DNA of 64,000 bases from Octopus vulgaris (taxonomy: Eukaryota). Positions 63,629-64,000 of this stretch are shown in pieces. The notes under the pieces are model-generated. The model ran no database searches and was not told the origin of the DNA. It saw only the letters and a program-made list of their open reading frames with translations. Every line of letters begins with the position of its first letter. Position 1 is the first letter of the stretch. Where the stretch lies: contig OX597819.1 of assembly GCA_951406725.2 (NCBI GenBank), positions 38,378,001-38,442,000 of the forward strand. Reading direction: 5' to 3'. Position numbers and translations under genes: made by a program.

Positions 63629-63755
63629 AGCTTCTCAAATTCAAAAGGAGACCAAATCACAACTCTTTGCAGCACCCAAAGTAGCCTCTCGTGGTGTAGT
63701 TAATGGAGAAGGCAACATGATACCTCCTTGGCAAAATGATTTGAAAGGAAAATAA
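63629..63755 (+). CDS. espn: espin/forked-like gene, terminal coding exon
   Basis: Long poly-T tract plus cttttcag; phase 2 matches the previous donor. Reads (K)ASQIQKETKSQLFAAPKVASRGVVNGEGNMIPPWQNDLKGK*, stop TAA 63753-63755. Confidence 0.8.
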
Positions 63756-64000
63756 GCTAGTTGGTTTGTTTGTTAAATAATATTCAATAGTACCACAGAT
63801 GCTTTGGTACACCCCACCCCCCAATTGTGTTCTTGTATTGATACAGTGTACCATAGAAGCTCAGGGACAGCTTAATTAACTATTCACACCTGGCTATGCT
63901 ACATAGGCTTAACAACCATAGATATTAACTAAAAATGAACAGGTATATGATTTAAATGCACAAATTAATGCATTTAATACATTTATTTGACGTTATATAT

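Overview
AT-rich, microsatellite- and SINE-dense eukaryotic DNA, most likely from an octopus or other coleoid cephalopod (inferred from repeat style only). The window holds the 3' part of one large + strand espin/forked-family actin-bundling gene. Seven exons join in frame with canonical GT-AG sites (174-308, 18235-18343, 27875-28928, 49059-49608, 56793-56960, 61968-62047, 63629-63755; 2223 nt, 740 aa plus stop). They encode a last ankyrin repeat, proline-rich tracts, a WH2 motif and the espin-type P-x-W-K-R module. Most notable: the WH2 exon stays open for about 462 more codons past its donor, suggesting an alternative terminal isoform. That isoform would lack the bundling module and carry four 27-aa Ser-rich repeats. 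Introns contain tRNA-derived SINEs, RTE LINE fragments and RTE deletion derivatives, a Dong/R4-type element in a (TAA)n tract, a decayed Penelope-like GIY-YIG element, hammerhead-like relics, a Tc1 relic, Helitrons, hAT and piggyBac-type MITEs, and several local inverted duplications. There are no prokaryotic features and no CRISPR array. Family names come from recalled motifs, not database searches.
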